Notes: generated from the sequence alone by a model not told the origin. DNA of 63,834 bases, filler included, from Lama guanicoe (GCA_013239625.1; 80 parts of 78 records of this genome joined end to end with filler, not necessarily neighbours in it); one strand, 5' to 3'. Counted from the whole stretch's first letter, positions 37,581 to 50,017 are shown. Translations and numbers: made by a program.

Positions 37581-38563
37581 TGGATACTTTGGCTGCTTCC
37601 ATATCTTGGCAATTGAAAATAATGATGCTATGAACACCGAGGTGCATATATTTCTTATAATTAATGTTTTCTTTCTTCTTTTTTTACACATAGAAACCAA
37701 GGAGTGGCATTGCTGGGTCATATGGAAGTTTTGTTTTTAATTTTTGAGGAATCTCCATGCTGTTTTCCATGGTAGCTGTACCAATTTACATTCTCATCAA
37801 CAGGACACAAGGTTTCCCTTTTCTCCATATCCTTGCCAACACTTGCTATTTGTTATATTTTTGATAATAGCCATTCTGACAGCTATGAGATGATATCTCA
37901 TTGTGGTTTTGATTTGCATTCCCCTGATGATTGGTGATGTTGAGCAACATTTCATGTCCCTGTTGTATATCCACTTGTATGTCTTCTTTGGAAGAGTGTC
38001 TATTCAGGTAGTCCTCTGTCTTTAATCAGGTTGCTTGTTTTTAATGTAAAGTTGTAAGAATTTTTGTATATTTTGGATATTAATCCCTTATTAGATACAT
38101 CATTTGCGAATATCTTCTCCCATTCAGTAGACTATTCTTTTTGTTTTGTTGATAGTTTCCTTCACTGTGCAAAAATTTTTAAGGTTGATATAATCCCACT
38201 TGTTTATTTTTGCTTTGGGTTTTCTTGCTTAGGAAGTCATATCCAAAACAATATGATGTCAAAAGTATATTGCCTAAGTTTTCTTCTGAGAGTTTTATGG
38301 TTTCAAGTGGGTTTATTTTTGTATATGGTGTTATAAAGTAGTCCTGTTTGATTATTTTGCATGTAGCTTTTCAGTTTTCCCAACACTATTTTTGAAGCAA
38401 CTGACCATATAATTTATCATATTAAATTGGGCTTATTCTGGACTCTATTGTCTTCCATTGATCAGTGTCTCTGCTTTTGTGCCAGTGTCATTATGTTTTG
38501 ATCACTGCAGCTTTGTAGTATAGTTTAAAATCAGACAGCATGAAGCCTCCAGCTTTGTTGTCT
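37581..38563 (-). mobile_element. LINE-1 3' ORF2, antisense
   Basis: Continuous match to antisense L1, e.g. ccaatttacattctcatcaacag...gatatctcattgtggttttgatttgcattccc...cctccagctttgtt. Confidence 0.95.
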
Positions 38564-39894
38564 NNNNNNNNNNNNNNNNNNNNNNNNNNNNNNNNNNNNN
38601 NNNNNNNTTAATTAATTAANNNNNNNNNNNNNNNNNNNNNNNNNNNNNNNNNNNNNNNNNNNNATTTTGGCCATACCCGCGTTCTCAGGTTGCAGAGCTT
38701 TAACTCATCCCTAGTAGTAGAATGGGTCATGGATATTCTGATTCTCACACACGTCTGTCAGGGGGGCTTGTTCCTGTTTTCTCAATTCTGAATTCTTCTT
38801 TCTGTGTTTATTTTCATGTATGCGTGGCCCTAAATTTTTAGATACCTTCATTAGCTATGTAACAATCAGGCAAACTAAATTTCCTCTTTTTCCAGAAATC
38901 TAAGAGTATAAAGCTTGAGCACTACAGTTCAAGACAAACACTGAATGCTGGGTTGGGATCACTGAAGCAATTTGAACAGATAGGAAGCAAAGTTAAAGAA
39001 GTACAGTGAATGATAACGTACTGTATGGATTGAAAGGAAGGATGCAGGAGCTAATGCAAGAAACATCTAGGGTGTACATAAGATACTGATATTAAAGTCA
39101 GGTAAAAGGGAAAGAAAGTGTTTAAGTAATTTAGGGAAATTTTTATATAGGTTTACAAAACCTCACATTAGAAAAATTAAATACACACTTAGATGCAGAG
39201 CCACACCTTCAGAAAATGTAAATACAATTAACAAATGAGAAGATAAACATGTCTCTGTTATATTTCACTTCCTAGCATTTATCATTAACAAATAATTATT
39301 CAGTATCTTCTCAATATCAGGGTAGGGTTCTACCACATATAGACAGTGAAGATATTAAAGATGGAAAATCTGTCCCTACTCTGATAAGGTTTATAATCAA
39401 ATTGAAAAGACAGGGCATAAATACATATACAAACTCAGAAAAACTGAATATATTTTAGGGTAGGCCCATTTATAGCAGAGGAATCAAGTAATTTGGGGAA
39501 CTCTAANNNNNNNNNNNNNNNNNNNNNNNNNNNNNNNNNNNNNNNNNNNNTTAATTAATTAANNNNNNNNNNNNNNNNNNNNNNNNNNNNNNNNNNNNNN
39601 NNNNNNAAGTGGATGGGATGATGTGGATTTTCTGTACTGTACAAATGTTGTTTATAACATTGCTTAGCTTTATGTAATAATTTATGACCTTGGTTGGTTT
39701 ACAATGTTGAAACTGGATTATCTGCTTCGGAGACATTTGCAGGAGGTGGATACTCATTTCTAATGTGCTGTAAATTTTAGGTAAGTAGCAATATACAGGG
39801 AAGTGGAGGATTCAATTTCATAGGCTAGTTGATGTATTTTTGTTACATCTTCATGGGATTTGACCATCATGAGAGTGGTAGGTTGTTACAAGAA

Positions 39895-40322
39895 AAAAGT
39901 ATTAAGGATTAGGATCAGGGTCAAAATTAGGGGTAGGGTATGGGAATGGGTTAGGGTTAGGGTCAGTGTGAGGGTACAGGTGAGAGTTAGGAAAAGGGGG
40001 AGGGTGCGGATTAGGGTAGGAAATCGGGGTAGAGTACAGGTTAGGATAGGAGTTTGGGAATAGGTTAAGTTCAGGGTATGCGTAAGGTATGGACTGGGGT
40101 ACAAGTTAGGTTATGCATTAGGGAACGGCATAGGGTTAGGGCTACGGCTAGAACCACAGCAAGAGTTAGTGTTAGGGCTAGTGCTAGTACCAGAGGAAGG
40201 ACTAGAGTTAGACTCAGGGTTAAGGGTTAGAGGGTGAGGGATAGGACCAAGGTGAGACTGAGGGTTTAGGGAAAGGGTCAGGGTTAGACTCAGGGTTAGA
40301 CTCAGGGTTAGACTCAGGGTTA
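39895..40322 (+). repeat. Degenerate telomeric (TTAGGG-variant) array ending in (GGGTTAGACTCA)n
   Basis: 6-bp periodic TTAGGG/TCAGGG/TGAGGG/GTAGGG variants; ~3.5 copies of a 12-mer at 40281-40322. Confidence 0.9.
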
Positions 40323-40422
40323 NNNNNNNNNNNNNNNNNNNNNNNNNNNNNNNNNNNNNNNNNNNNTTAATTAATTAANNNNNNNNNNNNNNNNNNNNNN
40401 NNNNNNNNNNNNNNNNNNNNNN

Positions 40423-40925
40423 TAGATTACAGAATACTGAATATAGAATTTTGAAAATACAATGTAGAAAATAGAATATATAATATAGAATAGGGAATAT
40501 AGAACACAGAATTTACAACATGGAATGCATAACTCAGAATTTAGAATATGCAATACAGAATAATAGATATAGAATTTCGAATATAGTTTGAAAACACAGA
40601 ATATAGAATATAGAATAGAGAAAATAAAACCCAGAATTTAGAACATGGAATGCAGAACACAGAATTTAGAGTATAGAATAGAGAATACTGTATATTGATT
40701 TAGAATATAGATTGTAGAACACAGAATATAGAATAAAGAATACAGAATATCGAATGTAGAACACAGAATATAGAATACGGAAAACAGAATACAGAACCCA
40801 GAATTTAATATAGAATACACTGAATATAGAATTAAGATTAAAGAATGTAGAACACTGAATATATAATATAGAATATAGAATATAGAACCCAGAATTTAGA
40901 ACATGAAATGCTGAACACAGAATTT
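40423..40925 (+). repeat. Heptamer satellite, family C
   Basis: 7-bp periodicity. Confidence 0.96.
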
Positions 40926-41025
40926 NNNNNNNNNNNNNNNNNNNNNNNNNNNNNNNNNNNNNNNNNNNNTTAATTAATTAANNNNNNNNNNNNNNNNNNN
41001 NNNNNNNNNNNNNNNNNNNNNNNNN

Positions 41026-41958
41026 TTAGGAAAACCCATGGGTGACGAGCTTACGCATTCCATTAGAACCCACGAGCTGACGAACATTGGTGGAACCTTC
41101 CGACACTCAGCTTTCCGAAAAAATATTCAGTGCGTGGGGGAGCTCGAGAGACAACTCCTCGCAGCTCTCCTCAGTCACAGGTGTTCCCTTTTAGGGGGAA
41201 GTCCCAGAAATAGCTTCCCTGAACTTGTGGAGGCAGACTCTCTAACTGGGAATACCTGAAACCCCCGCTAACATTCCCTGGCAGAGAGACATTAGGAAAA
41301 CCCTCAAGGCAGACAAGCTTTGGTATTCCGTTAGAACCCACGCGCTGCCGTCCGTTGGTGGTACCTCCCCACGCTGAGGATTCCGGAACCATAATCAGTG
41401 CGTAGGGGAGCTCGAGAGACAACTCCACGCAGCTCTTTTCAGTCACTGGTGTTCCCTTTTAGGGGGAAGTCGCAGAAATATCTTCCCTGACCTTGGGGAG
41501 GCCGCCTCTCTAACTGGGAATACCTGAAACCCCCACTAAAATTCCCTGGCAGAGAGACATTAGGAAAACGCTCAGGGCAGACGAGCTTTGGCATTCCGTT
41601 CGAACCCACGCGCTGCCGTCCGTTGGTGCTACCTCCCCACGCTGAGGATTCCGGAACCGTAATCAGTGCGTGGGGGAGCTCGAGAGACAACTCCACGCAG
41701 CTCTCTCCAGTCACAGGTGTACCCTGTTAGCGGGAAGTCCAAGAAACATATTCCCAGACCTAGGGGAGGCAGCCCCATTGTGCTTGGGCTCGAGAGACAT
41801 CTCCACGCAGCTCTCTTCAGTCACAGGTGTTCCTTGTTTGTGCGGAGCTCGAGAGACATCTCCACGCAGCTCTCTTCAGTCACAGGTGTTCCTTGTTAGG
41901 GGGAAGTCCGAGAAATAGCTTCCCTGACCTTGGGGAGGCAGCCGCTAACACTGCACTG
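41026..41958 (+). repeat. ~268-bp satellite, family A, with internal rearrangement
   Basis: ORFs 41171-41446 and 41439-41714 are near-identical and offset by 268 bp; 59-bp duplication at 41788/41847. Confidence 0.96.
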
Positions 41959-42058
41959 NNNNNNNNNNNNNNNNNNNNNNNNNNNNNNNNNNNNNNNNNN
42001 NNTTAATTAATTAANNNNNNNNNNNNNNNNNNNNNNNNNNNNNNNNNNNNNNNNNNNN

Positions 42059-42730
42059 GGCATTCCGTTAGAACCCATGCGCTGCCGCCTTTGGTGGAAC
42101 CTCCACATGCTCAGGATTCCGGAACAATAATCAGTGCGTGGGGGAGCTCGAGAGACATCTCCATGCAGCTCTCTTCAGTCACAGGTGTTCCCTGAACGGG
42201 GCAATTCCGAGAAATACCTTCTCAAACCTTGGGCTGGCTGCTGCTGACGCTGGGCCTTCCAGTGCAGTTCCCTAGCATTCACTGGCTGCCAGAACTTAGG
42301 AAAACACTCAGGGGAGACGAGCTTAGGCAATCCTTTAGAACGCACGCGGTGCTGACCTTTGGTGGAACCTCCCCACGCTCAGGATTCCGGAAACATAATC
42401 AGTGCGTGGGGGAGCTCGAGAGACATCTCCACGCAGCTCACTTCAGTCACAGGTCTTCCCGTCCGGGGGAAGTCTGAGAAATACACTACCAGACCTTAGG
42501 GAGGCAGCCTCTGACTCTGGGATTTCCTGTAAACACCCCTAGCGTTCCCTGGCACAGAGCCATTAGGAAAACCCTCAGGGGTGACAAGCATAATCATTCC
42601 CTTAGAACCCAAGCACCGCCGACCGTTGGTGGAAGCTCCCAATGCTCAGGATTCCGGAACCATAATCATTAGGTGGGTGAACTCGAGAGACAACTCCACG
42701 CAGCTCTCTTCAGTCACAGGTCTTCCCAGT
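42059..42730 (+). repeat. ~268-bp satellite, family A
   Basis: GAGCTCGAGAGACA at 42144 and 42412. Confidence 0.96.
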
Positions 42731-42830
42731 NNNNNNNNNNNNNNNNNNNNNNNNNNNNNNNNNNNNNNNNNNNNTTAATTAATTAANNNNNNNNNNNNNN
42801 NNNNNNNNNNNNNNNNNNNNNNNNNNNNNN

Positions 42831-43365
42831 GAAAACTCCACGCAGCTCTCTTCAGTCACAGGTGTTCCCTGTTGGGGAAATTCCGAGAAATACCTTCCCT
42901 GACCTTGGGGAGTCATCCTCTGTCACTGGGACTTCCAGCAATCACCCAAAGCATTCCCTGGCACAGAGACATTAGGAAAACCCTCAGGGGAGACGAGCTT
43001 AGTCATTCCGTTAGGACCCACGCGCTGCCGACCGTTGGTGGAACCTCCCCACTCTCAGTATTCCGGAANNNNNNNNNNNNNNNNNNNNNNNNNNNNNNNN
43101 NNNNNNNNNNNNNNNNNNNNNNNNNNNNNNNNNNNNNNNNNNNNNNNNNNNNNNNNNNNNNNNNNNNNNNNNNNNNNNNNNNNNNNNNNNNNNNNNNNNN
43201 NNNNNNNNNNNNNNNNNNNNNNNNNNNNNNNNNNNNNNNNNNNNNNNNNNNNNNNNNNNNNNNNNNNNNNNNNNNNNNNNNNNNNNNNNNNNNNNNNNCC
43301 GTTGGTGTAACCTCCACACGCTCAGGATTTCGGAACCAATGTCAGTGCGTGGGGGAGCTCGAGAG
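42831..43365 (+). repeat. ~267-bp satellite, family A
   Basis: Same monomer sequence on both sides of an internal gap. Confidence 0.95.
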
Positions 43366-43465
43366 NNNNNNNNNNNNNNNNNNNNNNNNNNNNNNNNNNN
43401 NNNNNNNNNTTAATTAATTAANNNNNNNNNNNNNNNNNNNNNNNNNNNNNNNNNNNNNNNNNNNN

Positions 43466-43697
43466 CATACTGTTTAGGCCACATCAATTTACATTCCCAC
43501 CAACAATGTTGGAGGTTCCCTTTTCTCCACATCCTCTCCAACATTTGTTATTTGTAGATTTTTTGATGATACCCATTTGATAGATGTGAAGTGATAGCTT
43601 ACTGTTTTAATTTCCATTAGCGATGTTGAGCACCTTTTCATGTGCCTATAAACCATCTGTATATCTTCATTTGAAAAATGTCTATTCTTGACTTCTG
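43466..43697 (-). mobile_element. LINE-1 3' fragment, antisense
   Basis: caatttacattcccaccaacaatgttggaggttcccttttctccacatcctctccaaca. Confidence 0.92.
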
Positions 43698-43797
43698 NNN
43701 NNNNNNNNNNNNNNNNNNNNNNNNNNNNNNNNNNNNNNNNNTTAATTAATTAANNNNNNNNNNNNNNNNNNNNNNNNNNNNNNNNNNNNNNNNNNNN

Positions 43798-44793
43798 GTT
43801 TTGTATTCTGTTTCCATATTCTATATTCTGTGTTCTAAATTCTGTAATGTGTATACTATATTCTGCGTTCCGTATTCTATAATCTATATTCTGTGTTCTA
43901 CATTCGATATTCTAAATTCTATATTCAGTGTTTTGTATTCTATATTCTAAATTCTATATTCAGTGTTTTGTATTCTATATTCTAAATTCTATATTCAGTG
44001 TTTTGTATTCTATATTCTAAATTCTATATTCAGTGTTTTGTATTCTATATTCTAAATTCTATATTCAGTGTTTTGTATTCTATATTCTAAATTCTGTGTT
44101 CTATATTCTAATTTCTGTGTTCTGCATTAAATGTTATAAATTTTTGATTCTATATTCTGTATTCTATATTCTGTACTCTGTGTTTTACTTTCAATTTCTA
44201 AATCCTATATTCAGTACTCTGTGGTCTATATTTTAAATTCTGTGTTCTATACTCTATAGTCTAAATCTTATATTTAGCATTTTGTATTCAATATTCTAAA
44301 TTCTGTGTTCTGAATTCTATATTCCAAATTCTATATTCAGTATTCTGTATTCTATATTCTTAATTCTGTGTTCTGCATTCCATGTTCTAAATTCTCTATT
44401 CTAAAATATATAATCTATTTTCTACTTTCTATATACTAAATTCTATATTCAGTATTCTGTATTCTATATTCTAAATTCTGTGTTCTGCTTTCCANNNNNN
44501 NNNNNNNNNNNNNNNNNNNNNNNNNNNNNNNNNNNNNNNNNNNNNNNNNNNNNNNNNNNNNNNNNNNNNNNNNNNNNNNNNNNNNNNNNNNNNNNNNNNN
44601 NNNNNNNNNNNNNNNNNNNNNNNNNNNNNNNNNNNNNNNNNNNNNNNNNNNNNNNNNNNNNNNNNNNNNNNNNNNNNNNNNNNTTCTATATTCTCCATAT
44701 TTTAAATGCTGTGTTCTAAATTCTATTTTCTGTATTCTATATTATGTATTCCGTATTCTACATTATATATTCTATGTTCTACCTTTTATATTC
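43798..44793 (-). repeat. Heptamer satellite, family C, containing ~5 perfect 35-bp (5x7) copies
   Basis: TATTCTAAATTCTATATTCAGTGTTTTGTATTCTA repeated over ~43908-44095. Confidence 0.97.
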
Positions 44794-44893
44794 NNNNNNN
44801 NNNNNNNNNNNNNNNNNNNNNNNNNNNNNNNNNNNNNTTAATTAATTAANNNNNNNNNNNNNNNNNNNNNNNNNNNNNNNNNNNNNNNNNNNN

Positions 44894-45102
44894 CCGTTAG
44901 AACCCACGCGCTGCCGACCAATGGAGGTTCCTCCCCACTGTATGGATTCCGGAACAATTATCATTGCGTGGGGAAGCTCGAGAGACAACTCCACGCAGCT
45001 CTCTTCAGTCACAGGTGTTCCCTGTCCGGGGATGTCCGAGAAATACATTTCCTGACCTTTGGGAGGCAGCCTCTGCTACTGGGACTTCCTTCAAACCCCC
45101 CT
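44894..45102 (+). repeat. ~267-bp satellite, family A, partial monomer
   Basis: ccgttagaacccacgcgctgccgacc...gctcgagagacaactccacgcagctctcttcagtcacagg. Confidence 0.95.
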
Positions 45103-45202
45103 NNNNNNNNNNNNNNNNNNNNNNNNNNNNNNNNNNNNNNNNNNNNTTAATTAATTAANNNNNNNNNNNNNNNNNNNNNNNNNNNNNNNNNNNNNNNNNN
45201 NN

Positions 45203-45381
45203 CACTCTACCGTGACCCACTTGTGTTCTCTTTTGATCTCGGTGACCACGGTGAGGTATATCCGCCTGTCGCGGCGCTGGATCGCCACACAGATACCTAC
45301 TCGCACGTTTCCGAAGTGTGATTTCAATGGCTTCGTGGACGAGAGGCGCGGGGAGACTGGGAAGCTTAACTGGCCGGCCAT
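45203..45381 (-). CDS. KIF2B: Kinesin-like protein KIF2B (kinesin-13), N-terminal 59 codons, truncated by the scaffold end
   Basis: [59 protein letters not shown](W) aligns without gaps to recalled human KIF2B [60 protein letters not shown]. Strong Kozak context atcaccATGG; no intron. Confidence 0.92.
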
Positions 45382-45691
45382 GGTGATTGATGGAGGTGTC
45401 AGGGCTCGCCTCCGGGGTCCCTTGGGGTTGGAGCAGAAGGACCTGAACCCAAGCCAGCCTGAAATCTCTGAGAGTTAGCAGAGTTGGCAGTGGGGTGTAT
45501 GTTCCATGACATTTGTGCTTACGTTTTAGAAACATCTGTTCTCCCTTGCAGTCTTGACCTGCAATCTCAAAGCTAAGTGCTTTAGTTTAGTNNNNNNNNN
45601 NNNNNNNNNNNNNNNNNNNNNNNNNNNNNNNNNNNTTAATTAATTAANNNNNNNNNNNNNNNNNNNNNNNNNNNNNNNNNNNNNNNNNNNN

Positions 45692-46437
45692 GTGTACTTC
45701 ATTCTGTATTCAACATTCTATATTCTATTTACAGAAATCTACTTTCTATCTCTGTGTTTGGAATTCCATGTTCTAATTTCTGGGTTCTGTATTCTGTATT
45801 CTACACTCTATATTCTGTGTTCTACATTCTATTTTCTACATTCTATTTCTGTATTCTGTATTCTATATTCTAAACTCTGTGTTCTCAATTCCATGTTCTA
45901 AATTTTGGGTTCTGCATTCTTTATTATATATACATTATTCTGTGTTCTACGTTCTATAATCTACAATGTTTACTCTGAAATCTATATACTATATTCTGTG
46001 TTGTGAATTCCATGTTCTAAATTCTGGGTTCTGTATTCTGTATTCTATATTCTGTGTTCTACATTCTATATTCTACATTCTATATTCTAATTCTGTATTC
46101 TATCTTTAGTATTCTGTGTTTTACATTCTATATTCTACATTCTAGTTTCTGAATTCTGTATTCTACCTTCTGTGTTCTGCATTCCATGTTCCAAATTCTG
46201 GGTCTGCAATCTGAATTCTATACTCTATATTCTCTGTTCTACATTCTCTATTCTACATTTTATATTCTGTATAATGTAATTTATATTCTAATTTCCGTGT
46301 TCTGAATTCCATGTTCTAAATTCTGGGATCTGTATCCTGTATTATATATTCTATTTACTCTATGTTCTACATTCCATGTTCTAAATTCTAAGTTCTGTAT
46401 TCTTTATTCTATATTCTATATTCTGTGTTCTGCATTC
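45692..46437 (-). repeat. Heptamer satellite, family C
   Basis: 7-bp periodicity. Confidence 0.96.
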
Positions 46438-46537
46438 NNNNNNNNNNNNNNNNNNNNNNNNNNNNNNNNNNNNNNNNNNNNTTAATTAATTAANNNNNNN
46501 NNNNNNNNNNNNNNNNNNNNNNNNNNNNNNNNNNNNN

Positions 46538-46786
46538 TCAGTAACGTGATCTGTTCCAAATTGATAAACCTCAGTGTACTGATTCCATGCTTTTTCTTGT
46601 TTGAGCCTTATTGGCTAATAGCCCCATACATGTAATTAACCCTATAAAACCTCATGTGCAGGTCTTGGTGGTGCTCAGAGCTCCAGAGCAGAAGCCCCTC
46701 TGAGCCCGCAGGCATAATAAATCTCAGTACTCCCACCCTCCGAGTGGTGCTGGTTTCTTGGCTGGCCTTTTGTTTCCCTAACAACA
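46538..46786 (+). mobile_element. ERV LTR 3' half
   Basis: ATTGG box near 46610, TATAAAA near 46643, AATAAA near 46715, U5 ending ...taacaaca. Confidence 0.75.
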
Positions 46787-47378
46787 CAAGCAATAATGCC
46801 CCTGAGATAAATCTGCCATGGCTGCTGTCAGGTCCCCATGTCTCACGTGGGAAAATCTGAAACATCCTTCTCACCACTCAGAGTCCTCCTCAGCCCACCC
46901 CACACCTCCCGCTGTTAAATGCAGGAGCACAGGCAGGGCCAGGCCTTTGCTCTCTCTGTGTCATCACAGTGAGACAGGATGGAAGGGAGCAGAGCACAGC
47001 CATTCTAGGAAGGCCACAGCAATATCATCAAAATGGTGAAGGATTCAACCCCCAATAGTCCTTGAGGCTCATGATGAAGAGATTTAACTTCTAGCATATC
47101 TTGAGCTTCATTAAACACCCATTGTAATAGTAACATGGTGAATAACATGCCCCAGGCACAATGGCAGTAACAAGGCTTTCCACAAAAGGTCACAGTGTGG
47201 GAAATGGCCAACTCCCTTTGAATCCCAGTCCCTTGCCCTAAGGCTAGTCCTTCTACTTATTAGCATATGAAATCACCANNNNNNNNNNNNNNNNNNNNNN
47301 NNNNNNNNNNNNNNNNNNNNNNTTAATTAATTAANNNNNNNNNNNNNNNNNNNNNNNNNNNNNNNNNNNNNNNNNNNN

Positions 47379-48193
47379 TAAGGTAAATGTGATTCTACCC
47401 ACTAGCGTCCCATGGGCCTTTGTTCTAACCTCTTTCCTTTTGCTAAGATCTGTTTGCACTCTAGCAACGGAGGGAAGTGTGTCCATTTTCAGTTGAATGT
47501 TTCACACGTCTTTAAACTTTCTAACAGTTCACAGTACACAGAGACCCACTAAGGGAAACTATTGTTCCTGTAATATGGGCACACCCGCAATACATAGCCG
47601 TCGGTTGATTTCTGCTGAAACACCCGCATTCACGGGACANNNNNNNNNNNNNNNNNNNNNNNNNNNNNNNNNNNNNNNNNNNNNNNNNNNNNNNNNNNNN
47701 NNNNNNNNNNNNNNNNNNNNNNNNNNNNNNNNNNNNNNNNNNNNNNNNNNNNNNNNNNNNNNNNNNNNNNNNNNNNNNNNNNNNNNNNNNNNNNNNNNNN
47801 NNNNNNNNNNNNNNNNNNNNNNNNNNNNNNNNNNNNNNNNNNNNNNNNNNNNNNNNNNNNNNNNNNNNNNNNNNNNNNNNNNNNNNNNNNNNNNNNNNNN
47901 NNNNNNNNNNNNNNNNNNNNNNNNNNNNNNNNNNNNNNNNNNNNNNNNNNNNNNNNNNNNNNNNNNNNNNNNNNNNNNNNNNNNNNNNNNNNNNNNNNNN
48001 NNNNNNNNNNNNNNNNNNNNNNNNNNNNNNNNNNCTACCCTTTTTGTGTTGTTTGTTTGTTTGATTCTTTCTTGGTCTGCTTCTCGTTTGTTTCGCAAAC
48101 ACGTCAGGCCATGCATCTCTCCGTTTGATTCAAACAGAGAGTCATAAAAGCTGACTCCCTTAAGATAGTGCTGCCAATCCCCGATGATTTCCT
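47379..48193 (-). repeat. L1-derived multi-copy element, copy 2
   Basis: Collinear with 22900-23680 on both sides of an internal gap; near-identical to 54458-54694 (rc). Confidence 0.85.
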
Positions 48194-48654
48194 NNNNNNN
48201 NNNNNNNNNNNNNNNNNNNNNNNNNNNNNNNNNNNNNTTAATTAATTAANNNNNNNNNNNNNNNNNNNNNNNNNNNNNNNNNNNNNNNNNNNNTAGTTAT
48301 TATCACCATTCTTATTTGTTCTCCTGGCTTAGCCCAAATCTGCAGGAGGAAAAAAAACAGAAAATTTCCAGAAAACCTATTCTTGACTATCTCCTCCTAA
48401 AGACGTATTTTCTGAGTCTGATAGCACCCCTTTCCAGTTTTCAAGTCGTCCTTTTTCCTCCTCATAACTGGTTAGGTGTTCAGGGCCAGCCTTTACTGCT
48501 AAAGCATACTTGCCTCTAGCAGCTGCAGAACACAGCCCAGTTCTTTTGAANNNNNNNNNNNNNNNNNNNNNNNNNNNNNNNNNNNNNNNNNNNNNNNNNN
48601 NNNNNNNNNNNNNNNNATTTCCTGGGACATTCAGTGAGCTTCTTGTGTCTGCTT

Positions 48655-48683
48655 TTGTTTATTAATTAATTAATTAATTAATT
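48655..48683. repeat. Natural (TTAA)n microsatellite
   Basis: attaattaattaattaattaatt embedded in sequence with no flanking Ns. Confidence 0.8.
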
Positions 48684-48729
48684 TTCCATTTGCAATTCCC
48701 AAGCTCCCCAATTTATTTCTTTTTGTATA

Positions 48730-48864
48730 TATATTTTTTTTTGAAGTATAGTCAGTTAACAATGTTGTGTCAGTTTCTGGTGACAGCACGGTGCTTCAGT
48801 CAGACATGAACATATGTATATTCATCTTCATGTTCTTTTTCACCATCAGTTAGTACAGGATATT
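48730..48864 (-). mobile_element. LINE-1 3' end with poly(A), antisense (camelid-like variant)
   Basis: ttttttttgaagtatagtcagttaacaatgttgtgtcagtttctggtg...cagtcagacat. Confidence 0.85.
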
Positions 48865-48964
48865 NNNNNNNNNNNNNNNNNNNNNNNNNNNNNNNNNNNN
48901 NNNNNNNNTTAATTAATTAANNNNNNNNNNNNNNNNNNNNNNNNNNNNNNNNNNNNNNNNNNNN

Positions 48965-49359
48965 TAGAATATAGAATGTAGAATACAGAATATAGAATAT
49001 AGTATACGAAATGAAGATATTGAATGTAGAATATATAATGAATAACACAAAATATAGAATATAGAATAAAGAATATAGAAGCCAGAATTTAGAATATGGA
49101 ATGCAAAACACAGAATTTAGAATATTGAATACAGAATACTGAATATAGAATTTAGAATTTAGAATGTAGAACACAAAATTTAGAATATATATACAATACA
49201 CAATGCTGAATATAGAATTTAGAACATGGAATTCCGAACACAGAATTTAGAATATAGAATACAGTATACTGAATATAAAGTTTATTAGAATATAGAATGT
49301 AGAACACAGGATACAGAATATGGATAACAGAATACAGAACCCAGAATTTAAAACATGGA
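48965..49359 (+). repeat. Heptamer satellite, family C
   Basis: 7-bp periodicity. Confidence 0.96.
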
Positions 49360-49459
49360 NNNNNNNNNNNNNNNNNNNNNNNNNNNNNNNNNNNNNNNNN
49401 NNNTTAATTAATTAANNNNNNNNNNNNNNNNNNNNNNNNNNNNNNNNNNNNNNNNNNNN

Positions 49460-49619
49460 GCAGAAATGGACAAAGGTATTGGAGAAGGAGGGGATCTGTG
49501 TTCAACCTGTACTCCATATCAGCAAACTCATCCTGAATTCAATCCAGTGATGTGCCATGAGGTCACTCAAGGAACCAGGCAGAAACCATCGGCCAGAAGA
49601 AATAGCAACAATGTCAAAG
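49460..49619 (+). other. Second copy of the candidate exon at 6601-6982 (3' part, open frame)
   Basis: AEMDKGIGEGGDLCSTCTPYQQTHPEFNPVMCHEVTQGTRQKPSARRNSNNVK followed by a perfect donor AG|GTAAGT at 49619/49620; homology continues to ~49700. Confidence 0.5.
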
Positions 49620-50017
49620 GTAAGTGTGAGATGTGGAAGGGATGACCCTGTGAACCTTGCTGCCATGAGGCAGACGGGCTTTCTGCACAGACTGGCTTGC
49701 TCACATGACTGTTTAGAAGGATATCAGCCAACAGCTGTGCCACACGGGCTACAGCCTGAGCTGAGTCACATCTAATAACGGTTCTGAGTTCATCTTTAGA
49801 TCTTAGAAAGATCTGAGAATCAATGGTGGAGACGTACCTGAATATTCATTCCATTTCATGTCTTGGCGGTAAATCTTCAGCTTTGTGCAACATAAATATT
49901 GACAAAGATACACAAAGNNNNNNNNNNNNNNNNNNNNNNNNNNNNNNNNNNNNNNNNNNNNTTAATTAATTAANNNNNNNNNNNNNNNNNNNNNNNNNNN
50001 NNNNNNNNNNNNNNNNN

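Noticed and set aside
39860..40104. VRVRVR and TLTLTL ORFs
   Set aside because: Translations of telomeric hexamer variants.
1832..45158. Repeated ORFs such as IRKTLRGDELR..RTHALP suggesting a multigene family
   Set aside because: They are translations of the 267-bp satellite; frames and stops are not conserved between monomers.
48655..48683. Possible linker copy without Ns
   Set aside because: Longer than 12 bp and embedded in real sequence near an L1 tail; a natural (TTAA)n microsatellite.
49557..49775. ORF MRSLKEPGRNHRPEEI.. present in two copies as a small gene
   Set aside because: It runs through a consensus splice donor, and a different frame fits the exon boundaries better. The similarity reflects DNA duplication.
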